The notes beneath the pieces are model-generated. The model did not search any database. It was not told the origin of the DNA and saw only the letters and a program-made list of their open reading frames with translations. The position numbers were made by a program, and so were the translations under genes. Below, in pieces: positions 10,891 to 22,333 of a stretch of DNA of 64,000 nt (its first letter is position 1; the number at the start of each line of letters is the position of its first letter). The stretch comes from Candidatus Bathyarchaeota archaeon (GTDB taxonomy: Archaea; Thermoproteota; Bathyarchaeia; 40CM-2-53-6): contig CAWHWX010000018.1 of the NCBI GenBank assembly GCA_963833125.1, positions 32,001-96,000 on the forward strand, read 5' to 3'.

Positions 10891-11094
10891 ATCGAGTCTC
10901 CTAACCATTACTCTTCATAATTTTTCCGAGACTCTTCAATGAAACCTTGATAATTTAGCCATGACCAACTCAACTCAAGTCATCGAAGCTCAACCAGCAT
11001 TCGCCACAGGTCTTGAGCGCCTCGCAGAAGTCTGAGATTATGTTCGTTGGAAAACTGGAAGACCTTATATAGGCAAAAGCTTCAACTTCAAGCC

Positions 11095-12393
11095 ATGACG
11101 TCAAAGCAACGATCGAAAACCCTTGTGACGGCCGTAGTAGTTATCGTTGTTATATTGGTGGCCGCTGGGGCAGGTGCGTATTACTACTTCACAAGTTCAA
11201 GCCCTACTTCAAGCTCTACTATGATGACTTCAAGCGCTACTAGTAGTTTTGTCGCTACTCCAATCACGATAGGTATGATTACGCCTTTGAGTGGAACGTT
11301 TCAACCTGATGGAATCATGGTGCAATATGGTGCCCAGCTTGCAATTAATCAAATAAATGCGAATGGCGGGGTACTAGGCAGGCCATTGAAGCTGGTTGCT
11401 CAAGATGAAGGCAGCACAACCGCTGAGACTGTCAACGCCGCGCAGGCTTTGGTTAGCGACTACAACGAGCTTCATCGTAGGCCCATTCTTCAGTGGTGAC
11501 GTAAAGTCCGTTCTGCCTACTACGTACTCGCATAAGGTTGTGGAAATTCTTTCTGTTTCCGGTGTTGACTCACTCATGGTATCTCCGCAGAACCAATACC
11601 TCTTTAGAACTACCCTGGATGACTACGGAGGTGCACAGATGCTCGTGCAATGGCTGAAAATGATAGGGGCAAAGAATGTAATGTTCGAAGGAGAAGACTA
11701 CCTCTATGTGCACGAGACTTATAATCAAACGGCGCAGTTGGCATCGACCGCTGGGATTACGCTTCAGCCCCGGACTACTATCCGGGCGATGCAACCGATT
11801 ACTCTTCAGCCATCAACAAAATTGCGACAAACAAGCCGGATGCAGTAATTGTCATCATGGAAGGCACGAACGGAATTGACTTCCAAAAGCAATATGTTGC
11901 CAATCCAATAACTAGCAAGATTTCTGTACTCCATTATTACTCACTTCTTGCGGATGTATCGAATGATCAGTCGATCGATGCGGCGGTTCCAAACGGGATG
12001 AACGGAACGTTCCTGGGTTTGACGACATATCCAACAAACCAGACACAGTCGTTCATAACTCAATTCGAACAGACGTTCAACACACCTCCAATCAACCCCT
12101 ATGGGTATGACTCCTATTCCGGGGTGATGATGTTGGCGCGAGCGATACAGAATGCAGGAACTGTTAACACAGACGCTGTCGCAGCGGCGTTGGTAAATGT
12201 TCAGTATCTTGGTCCCGGTGGCCTGTATGGATTCGTTTCTAACCACAATCCCATAACAGGGCCTGGATACCTATCGGGCTCGATCGACCAAATCACGGTC
12301 GACTCAAGCGGAGGAATCCACTTCAATGTCCTGTGGCCTATGACTGTTGCGAATGCCACGGCATTTAATCCAGCAACTGGCAAGCCGTATTAA
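11095..12393 (+). CDS. Branched-chain amino acid-type ABC substrate-binding protein (LivK-like), frameshifted near 11466 and 11763
   Basis: N-terminal TM anchor, Ser/Thr linker, ITIGMITPLSG, INANGGVLGRPLKL and AIQNAGTVNTDAVAAAL, spread over three ORFs. Confidence 0.85.
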
Positions 12394-12415
12394 TCCCCAT
12401 AATTTTTGATGGGCC

Positions 12416-13303
12416 ATGCTCAGTGGCCTTTACGTTTCACTAGTGAGTGGGCTCATCTACGGGATAATTCTTAGCCTCCTTGCTTCCGGCCTTTCGCTGA
12501 TCTACGGCGTTATGAATAGCATCAATACGGCACACGGAGCATTTTACATGCTCGGTGGCTTCCTTGCGTTCCTAGGCTCCTCCACTCTGCGACTATCGCC
12601 GGCATTGGCAATACTCTTCGCGTTCGTAGCAGCTCTTCTCTTAGGTATGGTTACTCTCACAGTTGGCGTAAGGCGAAGTATTTGGGTTACCAATCAGCCA
12701 AGTGAACAGAATGTTGTTTTGATGGAACTTCTGGCGATAGCCTTTATCGCCGAAGAAGCCGTCTTTCTGCTCTTTGGCGGATCGAGCGTGTCTATTCCGA
12801 GTATTACTTTCGGGAATTTTCTGCTTCCTGGAGACATTTACATCTCGTACCAAGAAACGATCGCCGTAGGAATCTGCATTGCTTCGTATGTCGGGCTGTA
12901 TCTCTTCCTATTCCATACGAGGATCGGGAGAGCGATACGAGCATTTGCTGAGGATAGAGAATTAGCTGAAGGCTTGGGTGTGAATGTTACTATGATTGCG
13001 CTCTTGACATATGGTATCGGAGTCGCCTTGGCCGCCCTTACGGGTTCGTTACTAGGCTCAATCTATAGCGTGACCTCTGAATCTGGGTGGAATGAGCTCG
13101 TGATTGCATTTGTGATAGTGACATTTGGCGGAATAGGTAGCTTAGAGGGAACTGTAATAGCAGGTTTGATTTACGGTGTTGTGTACTCAATATTGGAATA
13201 CAATTATCCTTCACTCTCGTTCGTCCTTACTCTATTGTTCATCTACGTCATCCTCGTAATAAGGCCAAAAGGGATTTTAGGTGTAGTCGTTGAACGCGCC
13301 TAG
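12416..13303 (+). CDS. livH: Branched-chain amino acid ABC permease (LivH-like)
   Basis: Motifs GLSLIYGVMNSINTAHG, TRIGRAIRA and RPKGILG. Confidence 0.88.
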   Translation: MLSGLYVSLVSGLIYGIILSLLASGLSLIYGVMNSINTAHGAFYMLGGFLAFLGSSTLRLSPALAILFAFVAALLLGMVTLTVGVRRSIWVTNQPSEQNVVLMELLAIAFIAEEAVFLLFGGSSVSIPSITFGNFLLPGDIYISYQETIAVGICIASYVGLYLFLFHTRIGRAIRAFAEDRELAEGLGVNVTMIALLTYGIGVALAALTGSLLGSIYSVTSESGWNELVIAFVIVTFGGIGSLEGTVIAGLIYGVVYSILEYNYPSLSFVLTLLFIYVILVIRPKGILGVVVERA

Positions 13304-14234
13304 TCAACGCTCATTGTTTAGCTCCATCTCTAAGACGTTGAGCTTTCAAATCTACATCGCGTTCTTGATCGGTTTAGTTGCAATCTTTCTGATTAACTCA
13401 AGCTATTTGGAGTATATCGCAATGTATCTCATGAGCTACGCGATTTATGCCGCGAGTTGGGACCTTCTCAACAGCTATTCGGGGCAGCTTAGTCTTGGTC
13501 ATTCTCTACCTTTTGGCCTAGGAAGCTTTGTTACGCTTTATCTGGCGAGTTTGCACATTCCAGTTACAATCTCCTTCTTGGGCGGGGTCGCTGCTGCCGC
13601 AGTAATAGCTGGAAGCGTCGGCACTACGACCCTAAGGCTGAAGCCTTCATACCAAGCCATAGCTCTCCTACTTTTCTCACAGGTTCTTTATTGGTTGATT
13701 ATCGTGCTCTTTAGCGACGAAGGCATTTCTCTTTTCTCGATTTCGTTTGGCATACAAGTATACTACGTGGTAGGATTTGTTCTCTTCGCCCTATCAATGC
13801 TCGCAATTACTCTCTATCTAGCGACTGGAGACAGAAGAATGAAACTCTTGGCGCTTAAGGGAGATAATCTTGCAGCCGAGGCAAGCGGCCTTCATGTAGC
13901 TCGGTACAAGGCTACTGTCTTCTACATCAGCTCATTTTTCGCAGGGATAGCAGGTGCTTATGTCGGTGTCTTTACTGCCCACAGCGACTACTCTATCTTC
14001 GCAGTTTCGCAATCTTTCTTGCCTATCGCGATGGTAGTTATCGGAGGTCCTGGATTCTTAGGAGGTACCCTTATCGGAAGCGCAATAGTTACTGCACTGC
14101 TTATTGTACTCCCTGTCAAGTACTCTATTGCAATAACCTACCTAGTATACGGTATTACAATTTGGCTCATACTTCGCGTGAAGCCGGAGGGGCTACTGAG
14201 AGTTGTCGCGACAAGATTTCATTTGAAGGAATGA
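13290..14234 (+). CDS. livM: Branched-chain amino acid ABC permease (LivM-like)
   Basis: Motifs YSGQLSLGHS, MVVIGGPG and KPEGLL. Confidence 0.85.
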   Translation: MNAPSQRSLFSSISKTLSFQIYIAFLIGLVAIFLINSSYLEYIAMYLMSYAIYAASWDLLNSYSGQLSLGHSLPFGLGSFVTLYLASLHIPVTISFLGGVAAAAVIAGSVGTTTLRLKPSYQAIALLLFSQVLYWLIIVLFSDEGISLFSISFGIQVYYVVGFVLFALSMLAITLYLATGDRRMKLLALKGDNLAAEASGLHVARYKATVFYISSFFAGIAGAYVGVFTAHSDYSIFAVSQSFLPIAMVVIGGPGFLGGTLIGSAIVTALLIVLPVKYSIAITYLVYGITIWLILRVKPEGLLRVVATRFHLKE

Positions 14235-14243
14235 CTTACCAAG

Positions 14244-14942
14244 ATGTTCCGGGTAGAATCAGTGACAAAGCGATTCGGGGGTCTCGTAGCTTTAGACAAC
14301 GTTTCGCTTAGCATCGACGAACGTAAAATCTATGGCGTGATAGGTCCGAACGGCTCAGGCAAGACGACTCTCTTGAATGTGATTACGGGGGTGCTCAAAC
14401 CCAACGAAGGGCATGTCTATTTCAAGGAAAAGGAAATCACCTCCAAACCACTTTACGCGATCGCCGAGATGGGAATTGGAAGGACTTTTCAGGTACCCAG
14501 AATATTCCCAGAGTTAACGGTGGAAGAGAATATTCTGGTAGCCACGCGTAGTTCCGAGGGAGTACGATCCTCGGTGCCAGAAATTTTGGAACTGATCGAA
14601 ATGAAAGAAGTAGCGGGTGTAAGAGCTCAGAAACTCGGACATGGACAGAGGAAACTATTAGAGCTTGGAAGGGTAGTGGCACTCAATCCCGAACTCATAT
14701 TCCTGGACGAACCTCTTGCTGGTCTCGAATTCTCGATGATCAAAAAGGTTGTCTCGTACATAGGTGTCCTCAATAATGAAATGAAGAAGACAATAGTGGT
14801 AATTGAGCATAATCTTGAAGAACTGATGATGTTAGCGAACAAGATCTTCGTCATGCACCATGGCCAGAAGATTGAGGAAGGAGAATCCGATCTAGTAAAG
14901 GCCAGTAAGAAAGTTCATCAAGCGTATTTTGGGCTTGATTGA
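14244..14942 (+). CDS. livG: ABC ATP-binding protein (LivG-like)
   Basis: Motifs KRFGGLVAL, GPNGSGKTT, GIGRTFQ, LDEPLAGL and IEH. Confidence 0.9.
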   Translation: MFRVESVTKRFGGLVALDNVSLSIDERKIYGVIGPNGSGKTTLLNVITGVLKPNEGHVYFKEKEITSKPLYAIAEMGIGRTFQVPRIFPELTVEENILVATRSSEGVRSSVPEILELIEMKEVAGVRAQKLGHGQRKLLELGRVVALNPELIFLDEPLAGLEFSMIKKVVSYIGVLNNEMKKTIVVIEHNLEELMMLANKIFVMHHGQKIEEGESDLVKASKKVHQAYFGLD

Positions 14943-15655
14943 TAAAATTGCTGATAACAACTGACATTCGTTCCGGCTATTCCGGTTCGGAGGTTCTCCA
15001 TGGTATCAACATGAAGGCCGCCGACAAGAAGATAACCCTGATCACAGGACCTAACGGCGCAGGTAAGTCTACGCTCCTGAGAACAATTGTCGGACTCAAC
15101 TCAGTGAACGGCGGAAAAACGCAGTTCAAAGATAAGGATATCACGAGAATGAAGACAGCCGATATTATCAAACTTGGAATATCATATGTTCCTCAGGGCG
15201 CGGGCATATTTCCACGCATGACTGTCAAAGATAACCTCAGAATGGGGGGCTATTTAATCCGAGACAAGCATGTGGTCGAACAACGAATCGACAGGGTACT
15301 GGAATTGTTCCCAATCTTACGTGAAAGATTGACGCAGAAAGCCGGCTTCATGAGTGGCGGCGAAGTGCACATTTTGGCTACAGCAAGATCTCTGATTTCA
15401 TCCCCCGAATTACTTCTTACGGATGAACCCTCAACGGGCCTAGATGTGGGCAAGCAGGAACTTATATTCGCAAAGCTCAAGGAACTCAACAAAAATGGCC
15501 TTGGAATACTGCTTGTGGAACAAAACGTGAGGGAATCAGCAAAGATCGCAGACTATATGTACTTCATGACCAACGGCACCGTCAAGTTTGAAGGAGAACC
15601 CAAAGACCTCATAGAGCAGAAGACGATTAGCGACATGCTATTCAACAAGCTCTAG
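14939..15655 (+). CDS. livF: ABC ATP-binding protein (LivF-like)
   Basis: Motifs GPNGAGKST, YVPQG, MSGGE, DEPSTGL and LLVEQN. Confidence 0.9.
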   Translation: MIKLLITTDIRSGYSGSEVLHGINMKAADKKITLITGPNGAGKSTLLRTIVGLNSVNGGKTQFKDKDITRMKTADIIKLGISYVPQGAGIFPRMTVKDNLRMGGYLIRDKHVVEQRIDRVLELFPILRERLTQKAGFMSGGEVHILATARSLISSPELLLTDEPSTGLDVGKQELIFAKLKELNKNGLGILLVEQNVRESAKIADYMYFMTNGTVKFEGEPKDLIEQKTISDMLFNKL

Positions 15656-15702
15656 CCCTCATAGGTTCTATGATCTAATTAGTTTGCAAGTGTTTTCTTT
15701 GG

Positions 15703-16143
15703 TTACGTGCCTTCGAGCTCTCTTCGAACGCACTCGAAGACTTCCTTGACAGTCTTCTCAGTGGCGCCGCCCATCATGCGTTGCCCTAATCCGGCCAACA
15801 TCCCTCCTACCCTCACGTCCGCCTTATAGACGAGTTTCGTTCCGCCTGGAATCTCGGTCAGATCTATTGTCGTGTCCATATCGACGCTGCTGCTCGACCC
15901 ACTTCCGATCCCTTTTAGTCGAGCATGCGAGGGAGCGTGCTTGTCCGCGATTTCAAGGCGAAACTTGAAATCGCCTTTGATGAGTCCTATTCCGACCCGT
16001 ACGATTGCGCTGAACTTATCTTCCCCAGTTACTTCGAGACTTTTCAGATCAGGCATGCATTTGCCAATCTTGTTCGGATCTATAACGAATTCCCATACCT
16101 TCTCGGCGGGTGCCTTCATGGCGTACGTTCCTTCAAAATTCAT
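15703..16143 (-). CDS. coxG: CoxG-like SRPBCC accessory protein
   Basis: Motifs KVWEFVIDP...CMP and VGGMLAGLGQRMM. Lies downstream of coxMS-like genes. Confidence 0.85.
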   Translation of the reverse strand: MNFEGTYAMKAPAEKVWEFVIDPNKIGKCMPDLKSLEVTGEDKFSAIVRVGIGLIKGDFKFRLEIADKHAPSHARLKGIGSGSSSSVDMDTTIDLTEIPGGTKLVYKADVRVGGMLAGLGQRMMGGATEKTVKEVFECVRRELEGT

Positions 16144-16337
16144 CTTTCAATCACAATCTCCAACAGGCTTTGCCGTATGACTCTGTCGCATGCAACAGTT
16201 TTTGGGAGTTTGCCTAGTTAAGCGAATCATTGAGTGTATCTCCAAATTGATTCAGAAAGTCTCCTACAATTCGTTATGGCGGGAACCGGAATTCAAGACT
16301 GTAACTGTACGAGTGATACTTATGCAGCTCTGATATT

Positions 16338-16820
16338 TCATTTCCGCATCTTACTGATCTTACTTGCAGCGCCCTGCACAGCTTTGACGATGTTCACGTA
16401 ACCGGTGCACCGACAGAGGTTGCCTTCGATTCCTCTGCGAATTTCCTCTTCGCTCGGGTTCGGGTTTCGCTGGAGCAAGAATAGGCTTGAGAGAATCATG
16501 CCGGGTGTACAATAGCCACACTGAAGCGCATGATCCTCAGAGAAAGCCTCCTGGAGAGGGTGAAGTTTGCCCTCCGTAGCGAGCCCTTCAATCGTGAGGA
16601 TTTCTGCTCCATTCACCTGGACCGCAAACATCATACAAGATTTTACGGTGCTTCCACCAAGTAAGATCGTGCAAGCTCCACAATGACCTGTGTCGCAGCC
16701 GATGTGAGTTCCGGTCAGATTCAACTCATCGCGGAGGAAATCTACAAGCAACATTCGAGGTTCGACTTCTCGCTGGTACTCCCGACCATTGATCTTCACA
16801 CCAACCGATTGCTTCGTCAC
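16338..16820 (-). CDS. Mo-hydroxylase [2Fe-2S] small subunit (CoxS/CutS-like)
   Basis: Motifs [19 protein letters not shown] and GNLCRCTGY. Confidence 0.95.
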   Translation of the reverse strand: MTKQSVGVKINGREYQREVEPRMLLVDFLRDELNLTGTHIGCDTGHCGACTILLGGSTVKSCMMFAVQVNGAEILTIEGLATEGKLHPLQEAFSEDHALQCGYCTPGMILSSLFLLQRNPNPSEEEIRRGIEGNLCRCTGYVNIVKAVQGAASKISKMRK

Positions 16821-17692
16821 ATCCTTCCTCCTTTTGCACGACTTAATGCAATCTTAAGCGTCCTTTTCACCATTACGCAACTCATTTCTAACCTGTAGTT
16901 GGAGGATGCATGAACATCTGACGGTGGCTTTAACCCCACATTCGCACTCCGTGCGGCATCGTCAATGGACTTGTGATCGAGCCTCCGTCCGACGAGCATT
17001 TCCTCAGTTTCCCTAGCATGTTGCGGCGTTGCTGCAACTCCCCCTAGGACGATATTGGCAGCTGTGCAGTTCCCGTTTCCATCAAGCGTGACAACTGCTG
17101 CAGCTCCAACAATTGCAAAGTCTCCATGCCGCCTACTTAGTTTCAAGTAGCCGCTGCCTGAACCAGGCGGTGGAATTTGAGCCTGAACCTCAAGGATTAT
17201 CTCATCAGGGAGAAGATTGGTTGTAAAAAAGTCTTGGAAGAAGTCGGTGCATGGAATAGAACGCGAACCTTGCGGGCCTATCGTCACAATAGTAGCGTTC
17301 ACTGCAACTATCGCTGGTGGAAGATCGGAGGTAGGGTCCGCGTGGGCTAGCGATCCTCCGATGGTACCTCTATTTCTGACTTGCTGATCACCGATAAATC
17401 TAGCCGCGTCGGAAAGAAGAGAGACTTTATCCCGCACCAGCCCGCTCTTCTCGAGTTGATCATGACGAGTAAGGGCACCAACAGATATTTTTCCAGCATT
17501 TTCACGTATGTAGTTCAAATCCTTTATGCCATTGATGTCGATCAAGATCTTAGGTGAGGACAAACGAAACCTCATCAATGCGACGAGGCTTTGTCCGCCT
17601 GCCAGTATTTTTGGTTGTTCTTGCGTCCTAAGCAAATTCAAGGCCTCATCGATCGAAACGGCGCGATAATAATCGAAGGGTCTCGGGCGCAA
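16817..17692 (-). CDS. Mo-hydroxylase FAD subunit (CoxM/CutM-like)
   Basis: Motifs [23 protein letters not shown] and DVHASSNYR. Confidence 0.93.
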   Translation of the reverse strand: MRPRPFDYYRAVSIDEALNLLRTQEQPKILAGGQSLVALMRFRLSSPKILIDINGIKDLNYIRENAGKISVGALTRHDQLEKSGLVRDKVSLLSDAARFIGDQQVRNRGTIGGSLAHADPTSDLPPAIVAVNATIVTIGPQGSRSIPCTDFFQDFFTTNLLPDEIILEVQAQIPPPGSGSGYLKLSRRHGDFAIVGAAAVVTLDGNGNCTAANIVLGGVAATPQHARETEEMLVGRRLDHKSIDDAARSANVGLKPPSDVHASSNYRLEMSCVMVKRTLKIALSRAKGGRM

Positions 17693-18035
17693 TTTCGATC
17701 TCTCTCGAGTTTGCTTATAGAGCGACTTAAACTTTCTATTGCTGTCATCTCGTTCCCAAGCGCTATGAAACGAAGCTGCCCAGAGCCATTCTACAATGTG
17801 TTCACCGTTGATGCAGAGAAATGCCCGATGGCATGGTGATGGATAGAGAGAATAAGGAATTACGACGCGTAGTGAACTCTCAGACCTTCTGTCGTGATTT
17901 CGTATACCTAATTGAAGGTAAATCTACCGTTGCCATCTATTTTCTACTAGTTGAAATTCCGCAAAACTTTGCTTTCTTTTCGAGTAGCCAAGCACACAAA
18001 ATTAGCAGTACTACAAAGGTTGAAGTAAATGTTTA

Positions 18036-18545
18036 TTGCGAATCGCTGCGTTTATCGGCATCAAGTTGGGGCAGGAAACGGTAGAGTCGTTAAAGTTACG
18101 TATCGACTATGAAAAAATCGCGCCTGATGTTGGTCAGGCAATGTCTGCGTTAGGGGAATGCGTTAGCAAGAGTGGTCTTGAATCTTCTCTGCTGCATCTA
18201 GTAAAGCTGCGGGCGTCACAAATCAACGGATGTGGTTGGTGTATTGACATGCATACGAAGGATGCTCGGGGTGATGGTGAGACGGAGCAGAGACTCTACC
18301 TGGTTTCCGTTTGGCGAGAGTCCCCCTTCTTCAGCGAGCGCGAACGAGCGGCACTTGAATGGACAGAATCTGTTACGCTCGTCAGCGTGGACCACGTACC
18401 TGACGAAGTGTATGATCGTGTTCGCAAGTGCTTCAGTGAGAAAGAGCTGGCGTATTTGACGCTCGCCGTCGTAGCGATTAACGGGTGGAATAGACTCAAC
18501 GTTAGCTTACGCGCAATCCCCGGCAGTTACAAACCTCAACATTGA
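18036..18545 (+). CDS. AhpD/carboxymuconolactone decarboxylase family protein
   Basis: Motifs LVKLRASQINGCGWCIDMH and INGWNRL. The true start is probably near 18090. Confidence 0.9.
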   Translation: MRIAAFIGIKLGQETVESLKLRIDYEKIAPDVGQAMSALGECVSKSGLESSLLHLVKLRASQINGCGWCIDMHTKDARGDGETEQRLYLVSVWRESPFFSERERAALEWTESVTLVSVDHVPDEVYDRVRKCFSEKELAYLTLAVVAINGWNRLNVSLRAIPGSYKPQH

Positions 18546-18661
18546 GGCCACATAGAATTGTGCATTCAGCGCTTCAACTTCCCTTCTGAGGATCCGGACA
18601 ATTTCTGGTTGTACTATAACTTGCCATAATTTAATAAGCTGACTTCAGGCTGTCCTGACTC

Positions 18662-21071
18662 ATGCTTCCAGCGACGGAGACCGTTCAGAAGCGTTGGATC
18701 GGCCGTAGACTGAGCAGAAAGGAAGATGCGCGTTTCATAACAGGGAGTGGGACTTACATTGATGACATCACCCTCCCCCACATGCTCTATGCATGCATCC
18801 TCAGGAGCCCGTATTCACACGCTACGATAAGGAGTGTCAAAACGGAGGAGGCTTTGGGACTTGATGGCGTCGTGGCGACATTGACGGGCAAAGAGGTGGC
18901 TGAAATGACTCGCCCATTTTCTCAGGTACTGGAGCCACCAGGTTCGAAGATACTGGATTACTGCATGGCCGTTGGAAAGATCCGTTTCGCAGGGGAGCCG
19001 GTGGCTGCCGTAGCTGCTCAGGATAGATACCTCGCTGAAGATGCGCTTGAGTTCATCGAAGTCGATTATGACCCCTTGGAACCAGTTGTGGATCCGGAGA
19101 GGGCGATGCTCGATGGTTCAACTTTGGTGCACGAGGAAGCCGGAACGAACGCTGTTTTTCACAAACTCTTTCACTTCGGGAAGGTTGAGGATGCCTTTCT
19201 AGAGGCGGATTTTGTGTTGAAGGAGAAATTTCACTTCAACAGATTCAGCTCATTCCCACTAGAGACGAATGCGATCATCGCAAGCTACGACAAAGCGTCT
19301 GAAACCCTTACGGTTTGGACAAACAACAATATGCCGATGTATTCGATAACCGATGTAGCATCCGCGTTGAAACTTCCATCTAACAAGATTAGGATAATCA
19401 GTCCGGATAGTGGAGGAAGCTTCGGGATTAAGATAAACAACTATCCATATGCAGTGCTTGTAAGTCTTCTTTCCATGAAATCTGGAAGACCCGTTAAATG
19501 GATAGAAGACAGAAGCGAGCACATGAGGGCTGCAGGCCACGCGAATGAACGAATCTTCTCCGCTGAAGTGGCAGCGAAGAATGACGGGCAAGTCTTGGGT
19601 CTTCGAGTGCGAAGCATAGACGACGAGGGAGCGTACTTTAGGTACGAACCCGCGGGACTTATCCTCCCAATTGACGTAGCTGGGGGATGCTACCAGTTCA
19701 AGGGAATAGAGCTTGACACCTATGGGGTTTTGACGAACAAGTGTCCCGTCGCTCCGAATAGGGGTTACGGACGAATGCAACACTTCTTCATGCTTGAGAG
19801 AATGATAGATCTCGTAGCCACGAAGCTACGAATGGACCCTGTGGACGTCAGGCTCAAGAACTACATTCCCCCTCAGGCCATGCCTTACAGGACCGTGAGA
19901 CGGAAGTCTCTATGATAGTGGCGATTACGAGCGATCACTGAAGATTGCCTTGCGAATGGTTGATTATGAACGTATACGAAAAGAACAACCAGCAAACTGG
20001 AGAGCCGGCAAGTACATCGGGGTAGGTATTGCAAATACTCTTGATTCGGCCACAACGAATTTCGCGCGAGTAAGACTGGCGAACTCAAGTATACGTTCAT
20101 CTGGATCTAGTGAAGGTGCTAGAATAAGTATTGACGATATGGGGAAGGTTACAGTAGCAATAGGTCCACATGCCTCTGGACAGGGATATGAAACATCATG
20201 CGCTATGGTCGTCGCCGATGAACTCGGGATCAACCCTGATGACGTTAATGTGGTGCCAGTTTTTGATTCGTTTCTCAATCCTTACACCTCCCAATCGGGA
20301 AGTTATGCAAGTCGTTTCGTTGTCATGGGAATAGGTGCTGTCCTCGGTGCCTTGAAGAAAATGAAAACGAAGCTGCTCAGAATCGCTTCACACGTTCTTG
20401 CGGCGCGGGTGGAAGACCTTGAGTTCAAGAACGGGGGCATATACATTCGTGGTTCGGAAAAACATGTCTCCTTAGCTGACATCGGAAACCTCGCATACCA
20501 AAATGTGCTGGAACTTCCTGAAGATGTAGAACCCGGCTTACTTGAGACATACTTCTACAAGGCTGATTTCGGCCTTCCAAGCAGCAGGGGGGGGAACTTT
20601 ATGATGACTTATTCCTCTCAAGTTCATGTGGCGGTTGTCGAAGTCGATTTAGAAACCGGCGAGGTCAGCATTCTCAAATATGCGATCGTTGATGACTGCG
20701 GAACTGTCATAAATCCACTCTCGATGGAGGGGCAACTGCAGGGAGCTGCTGCCCACGGGATAGGGGCATCTCTTTACGAAGAGTTCAGGTACGATGAATC
20801 GGGGCAGCTAATTACTTCTACCCTCATGGATTACCTCGCTCCAACTGCATGCGAGTTACCCAACATAGAGATTGAACACGTTGTGACACCCTCCCCTAGA
20901 ACGAAACTCGGCCAGAAGGGTATGGGCGAGGGTGGTGGTGCTCCGGTGCCTGCTATCGCGAACGCAGTTGACGATGCGTTGCGGCCCTTCCGCGTTAAGA
21001 TCGTCGATTCACATATTACCCCAGAGCAGCTGTTCTGGCTGGCAAAGAACGCTCCTCGGTCGCCTGTCTAG
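18662..21071 (+). CDS. Mo-hydroxylase molybdopterin large subunit (CoxL-like, not form I CODH), frameshifted near 19900
   Basis: Motifs RKEDARFITG, GGSFGIK, APNRGYGR, GQGYET, GSYASR and KGMGEGG across two ORFs. Confidence 0.9.
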
Positions 21072-21160
21072 GTCGGCTCATCATTCTCGTCTGCCGCCTG
21101 GATAGTTGCAAAACAGCTGCTTGGTATAAGTGTCAGTAGTTCCAACTTTCGTAACTAAGC

Positions 21161-22120
21161 TTACCTTTTCAGAAAAGAGGGAATTATTTCGTTTGCGAAG
21201 ACATCTAACTCCGCCGGATTTAGAGTGGTCGTGATGAAGATTATATCATTCACACCTGCTTCCACATACTTTCTCAACTTTGCTACACCTTCGGCTGGGT
21301 CTCCCACGACAGCCCCCCGGGTCTTAAGCGCTTCATCGAGGGGCAATTTGTAGTACTTAGTAAGAAAAAGTTCAGCCTCCTTCTTCGCCTTCTCCGCACT
21401 GCTGTCAATATGTGTAAAGAGTTGTACCGCGAATCTGAAATCCTGAAGGTTTCTGGAATTTTCCGTTGCGATTGAGTTAATCTGTTCGAGATTTTGTTTA
21501 CAAAGTTCGGGCGTATGATTGTATGAGCCGATATAACCATCTCCCTTTAATGCTGCTAATCTCATGGCAGAGTTCGAGTATCCTCCTATCCAAATCGGAA
21601 CATGAGGTTTCTGGATGGGTTTGGGCTCCATCACTGCACCTTCGAATTTGAAATATCTGCCGGCGAATGATGCTGGGGACTTGGTCCAAAGTTCGTTAAG
21701 AGCTACGATCCCTTCATAGAGTCTCTCCGATCTTTCTTTTGGGTCAATCTTCCACACGTCGAAGTTCTCAACACCGCCACCTATCGCAACGCCGAGATCT
21801 ATTCTGCCTTTAGTCATGTAATCAATTGAGGCTATCTGCTTCGCCAACACGAAAAGATTTCTCACTGGCAGCATCAACACGCCGGTCCCTAACCTAATCG
21901 AGGTGGTTACCGCACCGAGCGCTGCCAGAATCGTCAGCGATTCCAGAATTCTATGCGGGAATATTACGTGATCAAAAACCCATGCTGTCTCTAGGCCAAG
22001 TCTTTCCGCACGTCTGACAAATTCCAACACTGTGTCAGGAATGGGCATATCTGCCCCTCGCGTTGACGTTGGAATCAATATTCCGAATCTCAATCTTTTG
22101 TTCTCATTGGCCATCGTCAT
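21161..22120 (-). CDS. Luciferase-like (LLM) flavin/F420-dependent oxidoreductase
   Basis: Motifs WVFDH, IRLGTGVL and PKPIQKPHVPIWIGG. Confidence 0.9.
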   Translation of the reverse strand: MTMANENKRLRFGILIPTSTRGADMPIPDTVLEFVRRAERLGLETAWVFDHVIFPHRILESLTILAALGAVTTSIRLGTGVLMLPVRNLFVLAKQIASIDYMTKGRIDLGVAIGGGVENFDVWKIDPKERSERLYEGIVALNELWTKSPASFAGRYFKFEGAVMEPKPIQKPHVPIWIGGYSNSAMRLAALKGDGYIGSYNHTPELCKQNLEQINSIATENSRNLQDFRFAVQLFTHIDSSAEKAKKEAELFLTKYYKLPLDEALKTRGAVVGDPAEGVAKLRKYVEAGVNDIIFITTTLNPAELDVFANEIIPSFLKR

Positions 22121-22333
22121 TGTTCACACCTTTCTGAATCGTGCAGTCCGCATTAACTCCATCCCAAGATTCAAGAAAAGGGGATCGTCACCTCAATATC
22201 ACTTCTTACAGTATAAGCATTAACAATTCTGACGACGCTATCAAACGAATTGTCCTTTTTCCTTGACACCACACAATCTTAAACCTCGAGGAACAGGATA
22301 ATCTTATAACGCTACTGTCTTTTACATTCTCAA

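Noticed and set aside
15703-21071. Aerobic CO dehydrogenase (coxMSL)
   Set aside because: The large subunit lacks the AYxCSFR copper-binding loop and has APNRGYGR instead.
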